A DNA stretch of 64,000 bases from an uncultured Bacilli bacterium (GCA_947586205.1 CANPXO010000001.1:4164-68163), one strand, 5' to 3'; positions 8,642 through 18,333 are shown, counted from the stretch's first letter. Notes: a model not told the origin generated them from the letters alone. Numbers and translations: made by a program.

Positions 8642-9433
8642 TTATTTTGTAATTTCATAAATATCAAGTAACTTTTGGAAATCTCCTACTTCTAACATTT
8701 TTTCATCTTCACGTAGTGCAACTTCTTCGAGCTTTCCATCTCGGTAATATAGAATAGCTGGAGTGTGTTTTAGTCCTTCTGTAAGTAATAGATTTTGACT
8801 CGCTGTACTAGATGCGTCAGTAACTGATCCACAACTATCATTTAAAGAATATACATAAAAGTCATCAATATGATTTTCACGAATGAGTCTTGCTAAATCT
8901 TTTTCTAAATGAAATTCTTCCTCGCTGAAAGAAGTCACAAGAATAAATGCTTGACTTCCTAAAATCGCATTAGAAATTCCATCACAAGTAAGAGAAGCTG
9001 CATATTCTTTTTCAACTAAATAACTTTTATCTTTCCATTTCTCGCTGTAAGAAGCCCCACTTTCTTCGGCTTTTATAAATGCAACAATTACCCCTACTGC
9101 TAAAACAAGAAAGGATACCACAACCATGATGATTGTTTTCAAATGACTACTTTCGTTCCAAACCGCTTTTGTCTCTTTTTTAGGTTCTTCGTAAGATACT
9201 CCTTTTGTTTCTTTTAATTCTTCAGGAAAACTTGTTTTCTCTTCGATTATTTTTTCTTCAAAGATATCCTTTTCTACTTTCACTGATTGTTTTGGAGTCA
9301 CTGTTTTCTTTGGTGTTGTTTTCTTTGCCATTCTTTTTTTCGTAGTAGTCGTCTTTTTTACTCCCGTTTTATTTGTCGTACTTGTCTTTGTATTCGTTTT
9401 CTTAGTCGTTGTTTTTTTCTTTTTCTCATCCAT
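8642..9433 (-). CDS. Hypothetical membrane protein with a Lys/Thr-rich low-complexity N-terminus
   Basis: K/T-rich 70-aa N-terminus, a single TM helix and a ~130-aa C-terminal domain of unknown family. Confidence 0.35.
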   Translation of the reverse strand: MDEKKKKTTTKKTNTKTSTTNKTGVKKTTTTKKRMAKKTTPKKTVTPKQSVKVEKDIFEEKIIEEKTSFPEELKETKGVSYEEPKKETKAVWNESSHLKTIIMVVVSFLVLAVGVIVAFIKAEESGASYSEKWKDKSYLVEKEYAASLTCDGISNAILGSQAFILVTSFSEEEFHLEKDLARLIRENHIDDFYVYSLNDSCGSVTDASSTASQNLLLTEGLKHTPAILYYRDGKLEEVALREDEKMLEVGDFQKLLDIYEITK

Positions 9434-9514
9434 ATAAATCCCTTATCTTTCCTTAATAAAAAGATACCACAAAAAGAAGAGGAATACAAGAAAAAAAGAC
9501 ACTTTTTCGTGCCT

Positions 9515-10072
9515 TTAATATCCCTTATTTTTATAATATTTATATAATTCTTTAAAACGATTAAAATGAACAACTTCTCTTTGTCTTAAGAATAGAAGTG
9601 GTGCGAGAACATCTTCATCATCCGTTTCATCAATTAAGTTTTCATAAATCGCTCTTGCTTTTTGTTCAGCAGCCATGTCTTCCGATAAATCCGCTAAAGT
9701 ATCTCCTGTTACAGCAAAGTATGTGACAGTAAAAGGATTTCCAAAAGAGTCAGTTGGATATACCCCACGCCCATGTTCAGTATAAAGACTTTCGAGTCCA
9801 TTTGCTTTTAATTCTTCTACGGTTGCATCTTTCACTAATTGACTCACCATTGTACAAATCATTTCACAATGACCAAGTTCCTCTGTTGCTATATCATTTA
9901 ATAAAGCTTTTCCCTTTTCATCTGGCATCGAAAACTTTTGACTAAAGTAACGAAGAGACGCCGCAAGCTCTCCATTCGAACCCCCAAATTGAGTTAATAA
10001 ATTTTTTGCCATTTTCAAATCTTTTTTCTGAATATTAATTGGATAATTTAAATGTTTGACATACTTAAACAT
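9515..10072 (-). CDS. cotJC: Spore coat protein CotJC (manganese-catalase/ferritin-like)
   Basis: The Mn-catalase-like sequence MFKYVKHLNYP...ELGHCEM... The start was adjusted to an internal ATG with an AGGAGGG RBS. At 186 aa it matches CotJC size. It follows a cotJA/JB-like ORF. Confidence 0.75.
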   Translation of the reverse strand: MFKYVKHLNYPINIQKKDLKMAKNLLTQFGGSNGELAASLRYFSQKFSMPDEKGKALLNDIATEELGHCEMICTMVSQLVKDATVEELKANGLESLYTEHGRGVYPTDSFGNPFTVTYFAVTGDTLADLSEDMAAEQKARAIYENLIDETDDEDVLAPLLFLRQREVVHFNRFKELYKYYKNKGY

Positions 10073-10511
10073 ATTTAGTCCCTCCTGTCTTATCCCATGG
10101 CCAAGGATTTTTAATCCAGTTAAAGGTATTTCCTGTGGTATCTGTAACAATAAGTGGACCATATTTTTCTGTGTAAGACCCTTCTACATCACATTTTTCT
10201 TTCGTATATTTTTTAAATAACATGAAAGCATTTTGGTCTTCTGGATGTAAATCTAAGTATAAATTTAAATCAACAATTGCAAAAGCATAAGCCATTAATT
10301 TTAAAAGCATCGTTTCTCTTTCATTTTCCCCTTTTAATTTGTAGTACGTTAAATTTTTGTAAGGCTTGTATTCATCACGAAATAAATTTCCTCTTAAGAA
10401 TCCTTCTTCTGGTGTTAAAAACTTATCGGTTCTCATTTCTTTTGAAAAGTCGCTTCCTGGAATTTTAAAAAAGCCAATTTCATAATTAAAATCTGTGTTA
10501 TCGAATAACAT
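10065..10511 (-). CDS. cotJB: CotJA-CotJB in-frame fusion (spore coat-associated proteins JA and JB)
   Basis: The N-terminal half carries a CotJA-like motif (TPEEGFLRGNLFRDEYKPY). The C-terminal half is CotJB (AFAIVDLNLYLDLHPEDQ...NPWPW). The start was set at the second ATG, which has a GGAGGG SD 6 nt upstream. The reading frame is continuous between the JA and JB parts. Confidence 0.65.
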   Translation of the reverse strand: MLFDNTDFNYEIGFFKIPGSDFSKEMRTDKFLTPEEGFLRGNLFRDEYKPYKNLTYYKLKGENERETMLLKLMAYAFAIVDLNLYLDLHPEDQNAFMLFKKYTKEKCDVEGSYTEKYGPLIVTDTTGNTFNWIKNPWPWDKTGGTKYV

Positions 10512-10597
10512 ATTTTTCCCTCCCATAGGTATTTTACTTAAATACTCTATTTGTGATTAGGATAAACGTCTAAAAAAAACAGTTTTATTTCACTGTT

Positions 10598-11911
10598 TCA
10601 TTTTTTCATACTTTCTTGTCTCGCATCTTTTAGAAGATTCACCACATCTTGTTCACATAAAAATCCCATAAGACGATTTAATTCATTTTTAATGTTTTCT
10701 ACACTGATTTGATTTGTTTCTTTTAATCTTAAATAGATTTTCCAAACTTCATCCATAAAGTAATCAGAACTTTTTCCATCAATAAAATCATAAAAATCAA
10801 CGCGACAGTAATCCCGGTAATAAGCCCAGACAGAATTTTCATCACATACCTCATCAATCATTGATAAAATAATATTATATTTATCAGTTAAAGAAAAGGC
10901 ATCTAACCCTGCTTGTACTCGGTATATACTTTTATCAATTTCTATTAATGGCAGATTCCAACTGTCAGCCATCTCTTTCGCTTTTTTGTATCCATAACAA
11001 GCCTCTTTTAATCCATAATCCATAATATAGATTCCAATCGGTTGCACCGTATCCTTTATTAATAATTCATTATAAATACTGTCAGCCATAATATGTCCTG
11101 TCATTTTCTTAGATAACTTTTTGTTTTTTTCAATAATTAATTTTAAAGGAAACACAAAATGATAAGTTTGCATACTTCTTAGAATAAATTCATCATCTGC
11201 TTTTAAAGGGTCTTTTTCTTCACCATCATTTTCAATCCATGAATAAATGTCTTCGGGATATGCTGAGATTACATCCTCATAAGGATATATAAAACCAATA
11301 CTGCCATACTTGGAAGCATATGTTCCGAATTGTTCTTCTGTAATATAACTTACAGACTTTTCTTCTTTACGATAATTTTTATCATCTTTTAATATTTTAG
11401 AGCCTCCTGTGCTATATACTAAAAAACGAGGAGGTTTCTTCTTATTTACATAATCTTCAATGGATGTTATTTCTAATTTATTGTATTTATGCACGATAGA
11501 ATTATAGAATTCTAAAATATCTTTAAGTCTTTCCATATGGCTACTATGATTCACATATTCTAAAAGATACTTGATGTTTTCTTCATCTTCCCGAGTATCA
11601 TAATGATTCACTAAAAATTCGATACTTTCTTTTAAATATCCTACATACTTTTTAAAATCTAGTTTAAGCCATTTTTGCTCCAATATTTTTTGCATTTCAT
11701 GAATGAGTACATCATAATTTTCAAAAAAATCTATGACATCTTGTACACTCATTATTTCTTTATCTATAATATTGGATACTTTTTGCTTGTAATCTTCTTG
11801 TTGGTCTTCTGGTAAATTCTTGATGTATTTTAGTAAATTTTTGGTTGCATATTCTATTCTTCCATTTACATAATAAGAACTATTGATTTTTGATTCATTT
11901 AAATATTTCAT
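10598..11911 (-). CDS. Hypothetical cytoplasmic protein (437 aa)
   Basis: A long ORF with coding-like composition and no recognisable motif. Confidence 0.3.
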   Translation of the reverse strand: MKYLNESKINSSYYVNGRIEYATKNLLKYIKNLPEDQQEDYKQKVSNIIDKEIMSVQDVIDFFENYDVLIHEMQKILEQKWLKLDFKKYVGYLKESIEFLVNHYDTREDEENIKYLLEYVNHSSHMERLKDILEFYNSIVHKYNKLEITSIEDYVNKKKPPRFLVYSTGGSKILKDDKNYRKEEKSVSYITEEQFGTYASKYGSIGFIYPYEDVISAYPEDIYSWIENDGEEKDPLKADDEFILRSMQTYHFVFPLKLIIEKNKKLSKKMTGHIMADSIYNELLIKDTVQPIGIYIMDYGLKEACYGYKKAKEMADSWNLPLIEIDKSIYRVQAGLDAFSLTDKYNIILSMIDEVCDENSVWAYYRDYCRVDFYDFIDGKSSDYFMDEVWKIYLRLKETNQISVENIKNELNRLMGFLCEQDVVNLLKDARQESMKK

Positions 11912-11923
11912 ACTCTTTCTCCT

Positions 11924-14278
11924 CTAATACTCAATAGGAATTGTCGGATCTAATTTTGAGAATATCTTACTCATATAATGGTTTGCTTTTTTATAAATAT
12001 AAAGAGAATCTATGGATAGAACAAAGCCAATTAATGCACTTGCTGGTGTGATTGGAATTAAATTAAAGAAATCATATTGGAATAACACACAGTAGATGAA
12101 GCCTAAAAGTAATCCCATAAATAACACGATTCGAAGTAAAGTAAATGGTGTACAAATTTTATAAAGATAAATAAATCCTGTAATCGCGGTTAAGAACACA
12201 GCAATCGAACTTTGCATTTCATAAGATAAATGGAACGTATAAGTAAATAATGTGACGAGTAGAACATTAAAGACAATCGTTAAAGCAACAGGAAGGCTTC
12301 GACTGACAACTTTTAAAAGAAAGTTTCCTTTCACTAAATCATGGTTCGGTTCTAAGGCTAAAATGAAAGATGGAGTTCCAATCGTAAATGTGGTAATTAA
12401 AGTAAGTTGTATAGGAATAAAGAAATATTTTGCAGATAGTACAACACTTAAAAGAATGAGTAAAACGGTATAAATCGTTTTTACTAAAAGTAAAGATGCA
12501 CTTCTTTCAATATTGTTAATGGTTCTTCTTCCCTCGGCAACAATTTTTGGTAAAGAATCAAAGTTATCATCTAATAATATGAGTTGAGAAACATTTCTCG
12601 CGGCATCACTTCCACTAGCCACTGAGATTGCACAGTCAGATTGTTTTAAGGCAAGGACATCATTTACTCCGTCTCCAGTCATAGCAACCGTTCTTCCACT
12701 CTTTTGCAATGTTTCAATAATTATCTTTTTTTGTTCGGGTTTGACACGACCAAAAACTTGATACTCTAAAACAGTATTCTTTAATTCTTCCTCACTTAAA
12801 TCTCCTACATCAATACCTTTCATGTTTTTGAGTCCCACACGTTCAGCAATATTCAAAACCGTTTTTACTTGGTCTCCGGAAATAATCTTCACAGCAACCC
12901 CTTGAGACTTAAAATAATCTAAAGTATTTTTTGCTTCTTCACGAATGACATCTTCTATCAGAATGTATCCTAAAATTTCAATATCACTTGGTGTTTTACT
13001 AATTTGCTTTTGACTAGACCCCACAAGTAAAACACGGTAATTTTCTTGTTTTTTTATAATATCACTTGGAATTAATTTTTTATCGGATATCAAAAACTCC
13101 AGTGCACCAACATAAATGGTTCCATGACTTTTAAACTCCATTCCACTAAACTTTCGCTCGGAAGAAAAAGGAATTTCTTCGACAACCGTATCTATCACTT
13201 CTTGTTGAAATTCTTGTTGTAAAGCCTCCATCGTCGCATTGGCATCTTTCACATTTTGACAAAATAAGGAAACGATTTCCCTTAAATGTTCTTTTGTTTC
13301 TTTTTTATAAGGAACGGTATCTACAACTTTCATAGTTCCTTTGGTAAGTGTTCCTGTTTTATCTAAACAAATGACATCGACTCTTGCTAACGTTTCAATA
13401 CAATAAAGTTGTTGTACCAAAACTTTGTATTTTGATAAACGAATGACACTGACTGCCATCACTGAACTTGTAAGTAAAACAAGACCTTCAGGTATCATTC
13501 CAATTAGAGCTGCAACCGTCGTAAAAATCGCATCTGTGACGATTCCATTACTCGCATGAAGCTGACTAAAGAACATAATAATTCCAATGGGAATAATACA
13601 AACAGATAACACTTTCAAAAGTTTTTCAAAAGAATCCATAATAATCGAATTGATTTTTTTATTGTATTTCGCCTCTCTAGATATTTTCGATACGTAGTTT
13701 TCATTTCCAATATGCACAATTTTAGCAAGACATGTCCCACTTACTAAGAAAGAACCGGAAAGTAAGAAATCTCCTTTTTTCTTTACAATAGAATCTGGTT
13801 CTCCAGTAATTAAAGATTCGTTGACTTCTACTTCTCCTTCTAAAACTATGGAATCACAAACCACTTGATGCCCTCTTTGAAGTTCAATTACATCATCTAA
13901 AACTAATTCTTCTAATTTTTTAGATACCTTCTTACCATCACGAAGAACAATAATATCTGATTCAGAAACCATGGAAAGTTTATCAATAATTTTTTTAGAA
14001 ATAATTTCTTCAATAATACTAATAATCGAATTGATAATGATAACACCCATAAATAAACAATTCTTTAACCCTTGAAATAACTGATGACTGAATAAGCCAG
14101 AAAGAAAAACAGCAAGCCCTAAAGCTAAATTTAAAAAGTTAAAATAAGTAAAAAAGTTACTTGCAATAATTTGTTTAATAGATTTTGTCTTAGGTTGGTC
14201 ATCAAAGTTGACAAGTCCTTTTTGAATTCTTTCTTCTACTTCACTCTGACTCAAACCTTTTTCTTCGTATTTTTCCAT
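11924..14278 (-). CDS. Cation-transporting P-type ATPase (type II-like)
   Basis: DKTGTLT phosphorylation motif, PEGL, GDGVND hinge motif and multiple TM segments. Confidence 0.8.
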   Translation of the reverse strand: MEKYEEKGLSQSEVEERIQKGLVNFDDQPKTKSIKQIIASNFFTYFNFLNLALGLAVFLSGLFSHQLFQGLKNCLFMGVIIINSIISIIEEIISKKIIDKLSMVSESDIIVLRDGKKVSKKLEELVLDDVIELQRGHQVVCDSIVLEGEVEVNESLITGEPDSIVKKKGDFLLSGSFLVSGTCLAKIVHIGNENYVSKISREAKYNKKINSIIMDSFEKLLKVLSVCIIPIGIIMFFSQLHASNGIVTDAIFTTVAALIGMIPEGLVLLTSSVMAVSVIRLSKYKVLVQQLYCIETLARVDVICLDKTGTLTKGTMKVVDTVPYKKETKEHLREIVSLFCQNVKDANATMEALQQEFQQEVIDTVVEEIPFSSERKFSGMEFKSHGTIYVGALEFLISDKKLIPSDIIKKQENYRVLLVGSSQKQISKTPSDIEILGYILIEDVIREEAKNTLDYFKSQGVAVKIISGDQVKTVLNIAERVGLKNMKGIDVGDLSEEELKNTVLEYQVFGRVKPEQKKIIIETLQKSGRTVAMTGDGVNDVLALKQSDCAISVASGSDAARNVSQLILLDDNFDSLPKIVAEGRRTINNIERSASLLLVKTIYTVLLILLSVVLSAKYFFIPIQLTLITTFTIGTPSFILALEPNHDLVKGNFLLKVVSRSLPVALTIVFNVLLVTLFTYTFHLSYEMQSSIAVFLTAITGFIYLYKICTPFTLLRIVLFMGLLLGFIYCVLFQYDFFNLIPITPASALIGFVLSIDSLYIYKKANHYMSKIFSKLDPTIPIEY

Positions 14279-14412
14279 AATTCCACGTCCTCATTAAAAA
14301 AATTATAACAAAAAAAAGACAAAAAAAGAAGTTTTATTCTTCAAGTGTTAAAGTGGTTGTCACCTAGCCTAACAATCAATTTTATTTTCAGTAGATAATT
14401 ATCATTTTTTGC

Positions 14413-14441
14413 TTGCTAATATTATAAAAGTGTGCTAATAT
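14413..14441 (+). promoter_or_regulatory. Promoter of small ORF C' (TTGCTA-17-TAATAT, TGn extended -10)
   Basis: TTGCTA 14413-14418, 17-nt spacer, tgcTAATAT 14436-14441. Confidence 0.5.
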
Positions 14442-14524
14442 GTTTGTGGGAAGCATTTTAGTTGCTGAGTGTCTACCACTTTCTCCTCTCTATAAAATCA
14501 ATTTTTTAAGGAGAAAGGGGTGTG

Positions 14525-14626
14525 ATGTATATGACCAAAAGGCAAATTTATCATTTAAAAGTCTTGAAGTGTATAATCACAATTCTGTGGCAAGTAATAT
14601 TTATTCTTGCCATAATAAAAAAATGA
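14525..14626 (+). CDS. Small hydrophobic peptide C' (33 aa, MYMTKRQIYHLKVLKCIITILWQVIFILAIIKK); putative type I toxin-like
   Basis: SD AAGGAGAAAGGGG at 14507-14519. The leader anti-SD CCACTTTCTCCTCTC at 14476-14490 gives an SD-sequestering stem-loop with a 14-nt loop. The sequence is a single TM helix plus a KK tail. Confidence 0.45.
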   Translation: MYMTKRQIYHLKVLKCIITILWQVIFILAIIKK

Positions 14627-14726
14627 CACTTACGTAATTGTAAATGTCTATACTCTTTATAGGTAGGCATTCAGCATAGCTAAACTGAAATGCTTCCTTT
14701 TTTATTTTATGAAGTTTCCTTCATCT
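14615..14726 (-). ncRNA. Putative cis-antisense RNA C'
   Basis: Minus-strand promoter TTGAAT (RC at 14756-14761), 17-nt spacer, TATACT (RC at 14733-14738). Terminator hairpin (RC at 14625-14648) followed by a U7 run. It overlaps the stop codon and terminator of ORF C'. Confidence 0.4.
14667..14710 (+). terminator. Intrinsic terminator of small-ORF C' mRNA
   Basis: Hairpin GCATTCAGCATAGCTAAACTGAAATGC followed by TTCCTTTTTTATTTT. Confidence 0.5.
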
Positions 14727-14895
14727 GTATACAGTATATCAAAAATAAAATAAAAATTCAAGTGGCAAAAAATAATATTTATGCTTGCTAATATTATAAA
14801 TGTATGTTAATATGTTTGTAGGAAGCATTTTAGTTGCTGAGTGTCTACCACTTTCTCCTCTCTATAACCAAAATTTTTAAGGAGAAAGGGGCGTG

Positions 14896-14997
14896 ATGTA
14901 TATGAGTCAAAACAGGAAATTTATACTTCAAATATTTGATTACATTATCACTATTTTATGGCAAGTAATATTTATTCTTTCCATAATGAAAAAATGA
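14896..14997 (+). CDS. Small hydrophobic peptide D' (33 aa, MYMSQNRKFILQIFDYIITILWQVIFILSIMKK); putative type I toxin-like
   Basis: Promoter TTGCTA (14785-14790), 17-nt spacer, TAATAT (14808-14813). Leader anti-SD and SD as in C'. Confidence 0.45.
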   Translation: MYMSQNRKFILQIFDYIITILWQVIFILSIMKK

Positions 14998-15100
14998 CAC
15001 TTACAAGTAAATTGTAAATGTCTCCAATCTTTTTCGGTAGGCATTCAGCATAGCTAAACTGAAATGCTTCCTTTTTTATTTTATGAAGTTTCCTTCATCT
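14986..15100 (-). ncRNA. Putative cis-antisense RNA D'
   Basis: Minus-strand promoter TTGATT (RC at 15130-15135), 17-nt spacer, TATACT (RC at 15107-15112). Terminator hairpin RC at 14996-15023 followed by a U-run. Confidence 0.4.
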
Positions 15101-15153
15101 GTATACAGTATAACAAAAATAAGATAAAAAATCAAGTAGGAAAATATAATATT

Positions 15154-17745
15154 TTATACTCCTAATGCTACTCCTTTTTTCTTTAGTATTATTTTTCTAA
15201 TAAAATCAACAGGAATCACGGTAAATGATAAAATTAACACAAAGAATAATTCAAAAGGTGTGAGTCCAAAGGTTCTAAATACGGTTCCTCCTTTATAAAT
15301 GAGAATCATCTGTACAGAAGCTATAAACAAAATTGTAAGGACAAAAACAATATTTTCACTTAAATGGGCAAATAAATTAAGACGATGGGTTCTTGCATTA
15401 AAAGCATTCCCGATTCCAATAAAAATAAACAAAGCAAAATAAGCCGTCATTAAATATTTAAAATCTTCGCCTGTTCTTACTAAAGTTCGAATCCACGGGT
15501 GTTTCAAGAAAAACAAACATAATAAAGCGGAATAAAGACCTGTGAAAATAATCTCCGAATACATATAACGATTCATAATCGGTTCATTTTTATCTTTAGG
15601 AGGCTCCATCATTGTATCTTTTAAAGCAGGTTCATAAGAAAAAGCAAGTCCTGCAAAGGTATCCATAATCATATTAATCCATAACATTTGAATAATGGTA
15701 ATCGGGGTATTCACTCCTACAAAAGGGCCAATAATGGATAAGAATAAAGCTACAAAGTTACAAGTACACTGATAAATAATAAACTTTCGAATGCTTTTGA
15801 AAATCGTTCTTCCATAAAGAATCGCCTGACTAATCGATAAAATATTATCATCTAATATGACAATGTCACTCGCTTCTTTCGCGACTTCGGTTCCACTTCC
15901 CATGGCAAAACCAACATTGGCTTTTTTAAGAGCTGGAGCATCATTCACACCATCCCCTGTCATTCCGACAATAAGCTCTTTTCTCTCAGCAATTTTAACA
16001 AGTTTACTTTTGTCTTGAGGAAGAGCCCTAGCAATGACTTTAATTCTTGGTAAAAGAGTTTCGAGTTCATACTCGGAATAATGATTTAATTCTTCACTCG
16101 TTAAAACTAAATCCGAAGGGCTTTTGATAATTCCGACTTCTTTTGCAATCGACTCTGCCGTTTCTTTCGCATCTCCTGTAATCATCACGACTTGAATACC
16201 CGCATTTTGAATCAAAGAAACGCCGTCCAAAGACTCTTTCCGTAAATCATCTTTAATGGCAACGATTCCTAGAAATGTTAAGTATTCTAATGTTTCACTT
16301 CTTCCTACTGCTAAAGTAATGACACGACTTCCTTTTTTGGTGAGTCTTTCAATTTCCCTTTCGATTTCTTCATGACTTGTAAATGGTTTTTCTTCCCCAC
16401 TTTCTAACATCATCCGATTACATTTTGGAATAATCTTTTCACTAGCTCCTTTAAAATATGTTTTTTCTACGCCATTTTCTTTCACTGTAACAGAGGAATA
16501 CTTGTATTTACTATCAAAAGGAGTGGAATGAATGATTTCTTTCTCGATATTTTTTGGTTCAAAAAACTGAAGCAAAGCCCGGTCCGTCGAATTCCCACCT
16601 ATCACTTTTCCCTCGCTGTAAAAACTTTGATTGTTCCAAACCATAGCTTTTTCAATACTGAAACCAAGCTCCCTCTTCTTTTGTAAATCACTTTCAGTAT
16701 GAAAATGAAATAATTCCCCACTTACTATATCTACAACTTCTAATTTTCCTTTTGTTAAAGTTCCTGTTTTATCTGTGAATAAAATATTTAGGGAACCCGC
16801 GGTTTCAATTCCCACAAGCTTTCTTACTAAAACATTATTTTTAAGCATTCTTTTCATGTTACTTGATAAGACTAAAGTAATCATCATCGGAAGTCCTTCT
16901 GGAACTGCAACAACAATAATGGTAACAGATAAAGTTAAAGCATAAATAAGATAATCGGCCATGACCCTAAAATTCATTAAAGTATCACAAATACGACTCC
17001 ATTCAAAATTATTATTGATGACAATCACCGAGAAAAGATAAGAAATGGTTACCAAAAATGCTCCAACATAACCAATGCGACTAATCGTTTTAGCAAACCC
17101 ACGAAGTCGAAGTTTTAAAGGACTCACTGGTTCCTTTTCTTGAACTTCTTTCGCTAAAGCTCCATACACCGTTTGGTCCCCTACACTTTGAACTTCTAAA
17201 GTTCCCGTTCCTTCATAAATGACTGAACCTCGAAGAAGCTTATTGTTGGAAGTTCCAGCAATTTTTTTATTTTCTTTTGTTTCTCCATTGAGTCTTGATT
17301 CATCGACACTTAAACTTCCTTCCACCAAAATTCCATCTGCTGGGACGGCATCTCCACTTGATAGAAGAACGATATCTCCAACCACCACTTCATCCATTTT
17401 AACTTCGATGATTTTCCCATCTCTTTTAACTTTAACCAAAATGCTTTCAGATTCTTCTTGTAATTTCTTAAATGCTTGTTCACTTCCATATTCACTGATG
17501 GATGAGATAAAAGATGCAAGAAAAATGGCGATTAAGATGCCTAAAGTTTCAAAATAATCAAAATCTCGAAACAAAAAAACAACTTTAATAGCTAAAGCAA
17601 TGAGTAAGATTTTGATAATCGGATCTCCTAAAGATTCTAATAACAGTTTCCAAAAACTATTTCTTTTTATTTCGGTTAAAGCATTGGTTCCGTACTTCTT
17701 TCTTTGTACTTCTACTTCTTTATTCGTGAGTCCATTGAATTTCAT
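15154..17745 (-). CDS. Calcium-translocating P-type ATPase (PMCA/SERCA-like, P-type IIA/IIB)
   Basis: DKTGTLT, VPEGLP, TGDGVNDAPAL and 10 predicted TM segments, in an 863-aa protein. Confidence 0.8.
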   Translation of the reverse strand: MKFNGLTNKEVEVQRKKYGTNALTEIKRNSFWKLLLESLGDPIIKILLIALAIKVVFLFRDFDYFETLGILIAIFLASFISSISEYGSEQAFKKLQEESESILVKVKRDGKIIEVKMDEVVVGDIVLLSSGDAVPADGILVEGSLSVDESRLNGETKENKKIAGTSNNKLLRGSVIYEGTGTLEVQSVGDQTVYGALAKEVQEKEPVSPLKLRLRGFAKTISRIGYVGAFLVTISYLFSVIVINNNFEWSRICDTLMNFRVMADYLIYALTLSVTIIVVAVPEGLPMMITLVLSSNMKRMLKNNVLVRKLVGIETAGSLNILFTDKTGTLTKGKLEVVDIVSGELFHFHTESDLQKKRELGFSIEKAMVWNNQSFYSEGKVIGGNSTDRALLQFFEPKNIEKEIIHSTPFDSKYKYSSVTVKENGVEKTYFKGASEKIIPKCNRMMLESGEEKPFTSHEEIEREIERLTKKGSRVITLAVGRSETLEYLTFLGIVAIKDDLRKESLDGVSLIQNAGIQVVMITGDAKETAESIAKEVGIIKSPSDLVLTSEELNHYSEYELETLLPRIKVIARALPQDKSKLVKIAERKELIVGMTGDGVNDAPALKKANVGFAMGSGTEVAKEASDIVILDDNILSISQAILYGRTIFKSIRKFIIYQCTCNFVALFLSIIGPFVGVNTPITIIQMLWINMIMDTFAGLAFSYEPALKDTMMEPPKDKNEPIMNRYMYSEIIFTGLYSALLCLFFLKHPWIRTLVRTGEDFKYLMTAYFALFIFIGIGNAFNARTHRLNLFAHLSENIVFVLTILFIASVQMILIYKGGTVFRTFGLTPFELFFVLILSFTVIPVDFIRKIILKKKGVALGV

Positions 17746-17829
17746 AAAGTCGTATCACCTAAAAAAGTATATGAATTTCACGAAAAAAAGATGTAAAAAA
17801 AGTAAGGACTTTTCCTTACTATGAAGTAT

Positions 17830-18330
17830 TTATTTTAAGCTATCTACATCAAAAACATATTCAATAGAACTTACAACATTATTTTGAAGAATCACTTTTA
17901 ATGTTGTATTTCCTTTGACATATTCATACATTGTTCCTGTTTCTTTGTAATCTTCGCCATAAAGTTCTTTCATTTTATCTAAAGTATCTCCAAACGCGAG
18001 TCCTTCACTTGTCTCTACTGTATTATCTAAAAAGTAAATAGATAATACATATTCTTTTCCATCTTTTAAGAATGTTTGAATTTCATAATGATCATAAGTA
18101 TAGACTCTATCTTTTCCATCAAATGCACAACTAGAGAGTTCTGAAAAAGCAAGTTCTGTTCCAAATTTTTCTCTTGAAAATTCTCCTCCAGGTACAATTT
18201 CCATATTCGATACCTTTAAACTGTACACACTTGTATTATTATTTTCATTTCCTGTGGCAGATTGAGTCTCTCCACACCCAGTTAAACACAAAGTAACTAA
18301 CCCAATTCCGAGTATTCTTTTTAAATTCAT
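17830..18330 (-). CDS. Hypothetical lipoprotein
   Basis: Lipobox LTGCG after a signal peptide. Confidence 0.45.
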   Translation of the reverse strand: MNLKRILGIGLVTLCLTGCGETQSATGNENNNTSVYSLKVSNMEIVPGGEFSREKFGTELAFSELSSCAFDGKDRVYTYDHYEIQTFLKDGKEYVLSIYFLDNTVETSEGLAFGDTLDKMKELYGEDYKETGTMYEYVKGNTTLKVILQNNVVSSIEYVFDVDSLK

Positions 18331-18333
18331 TTT

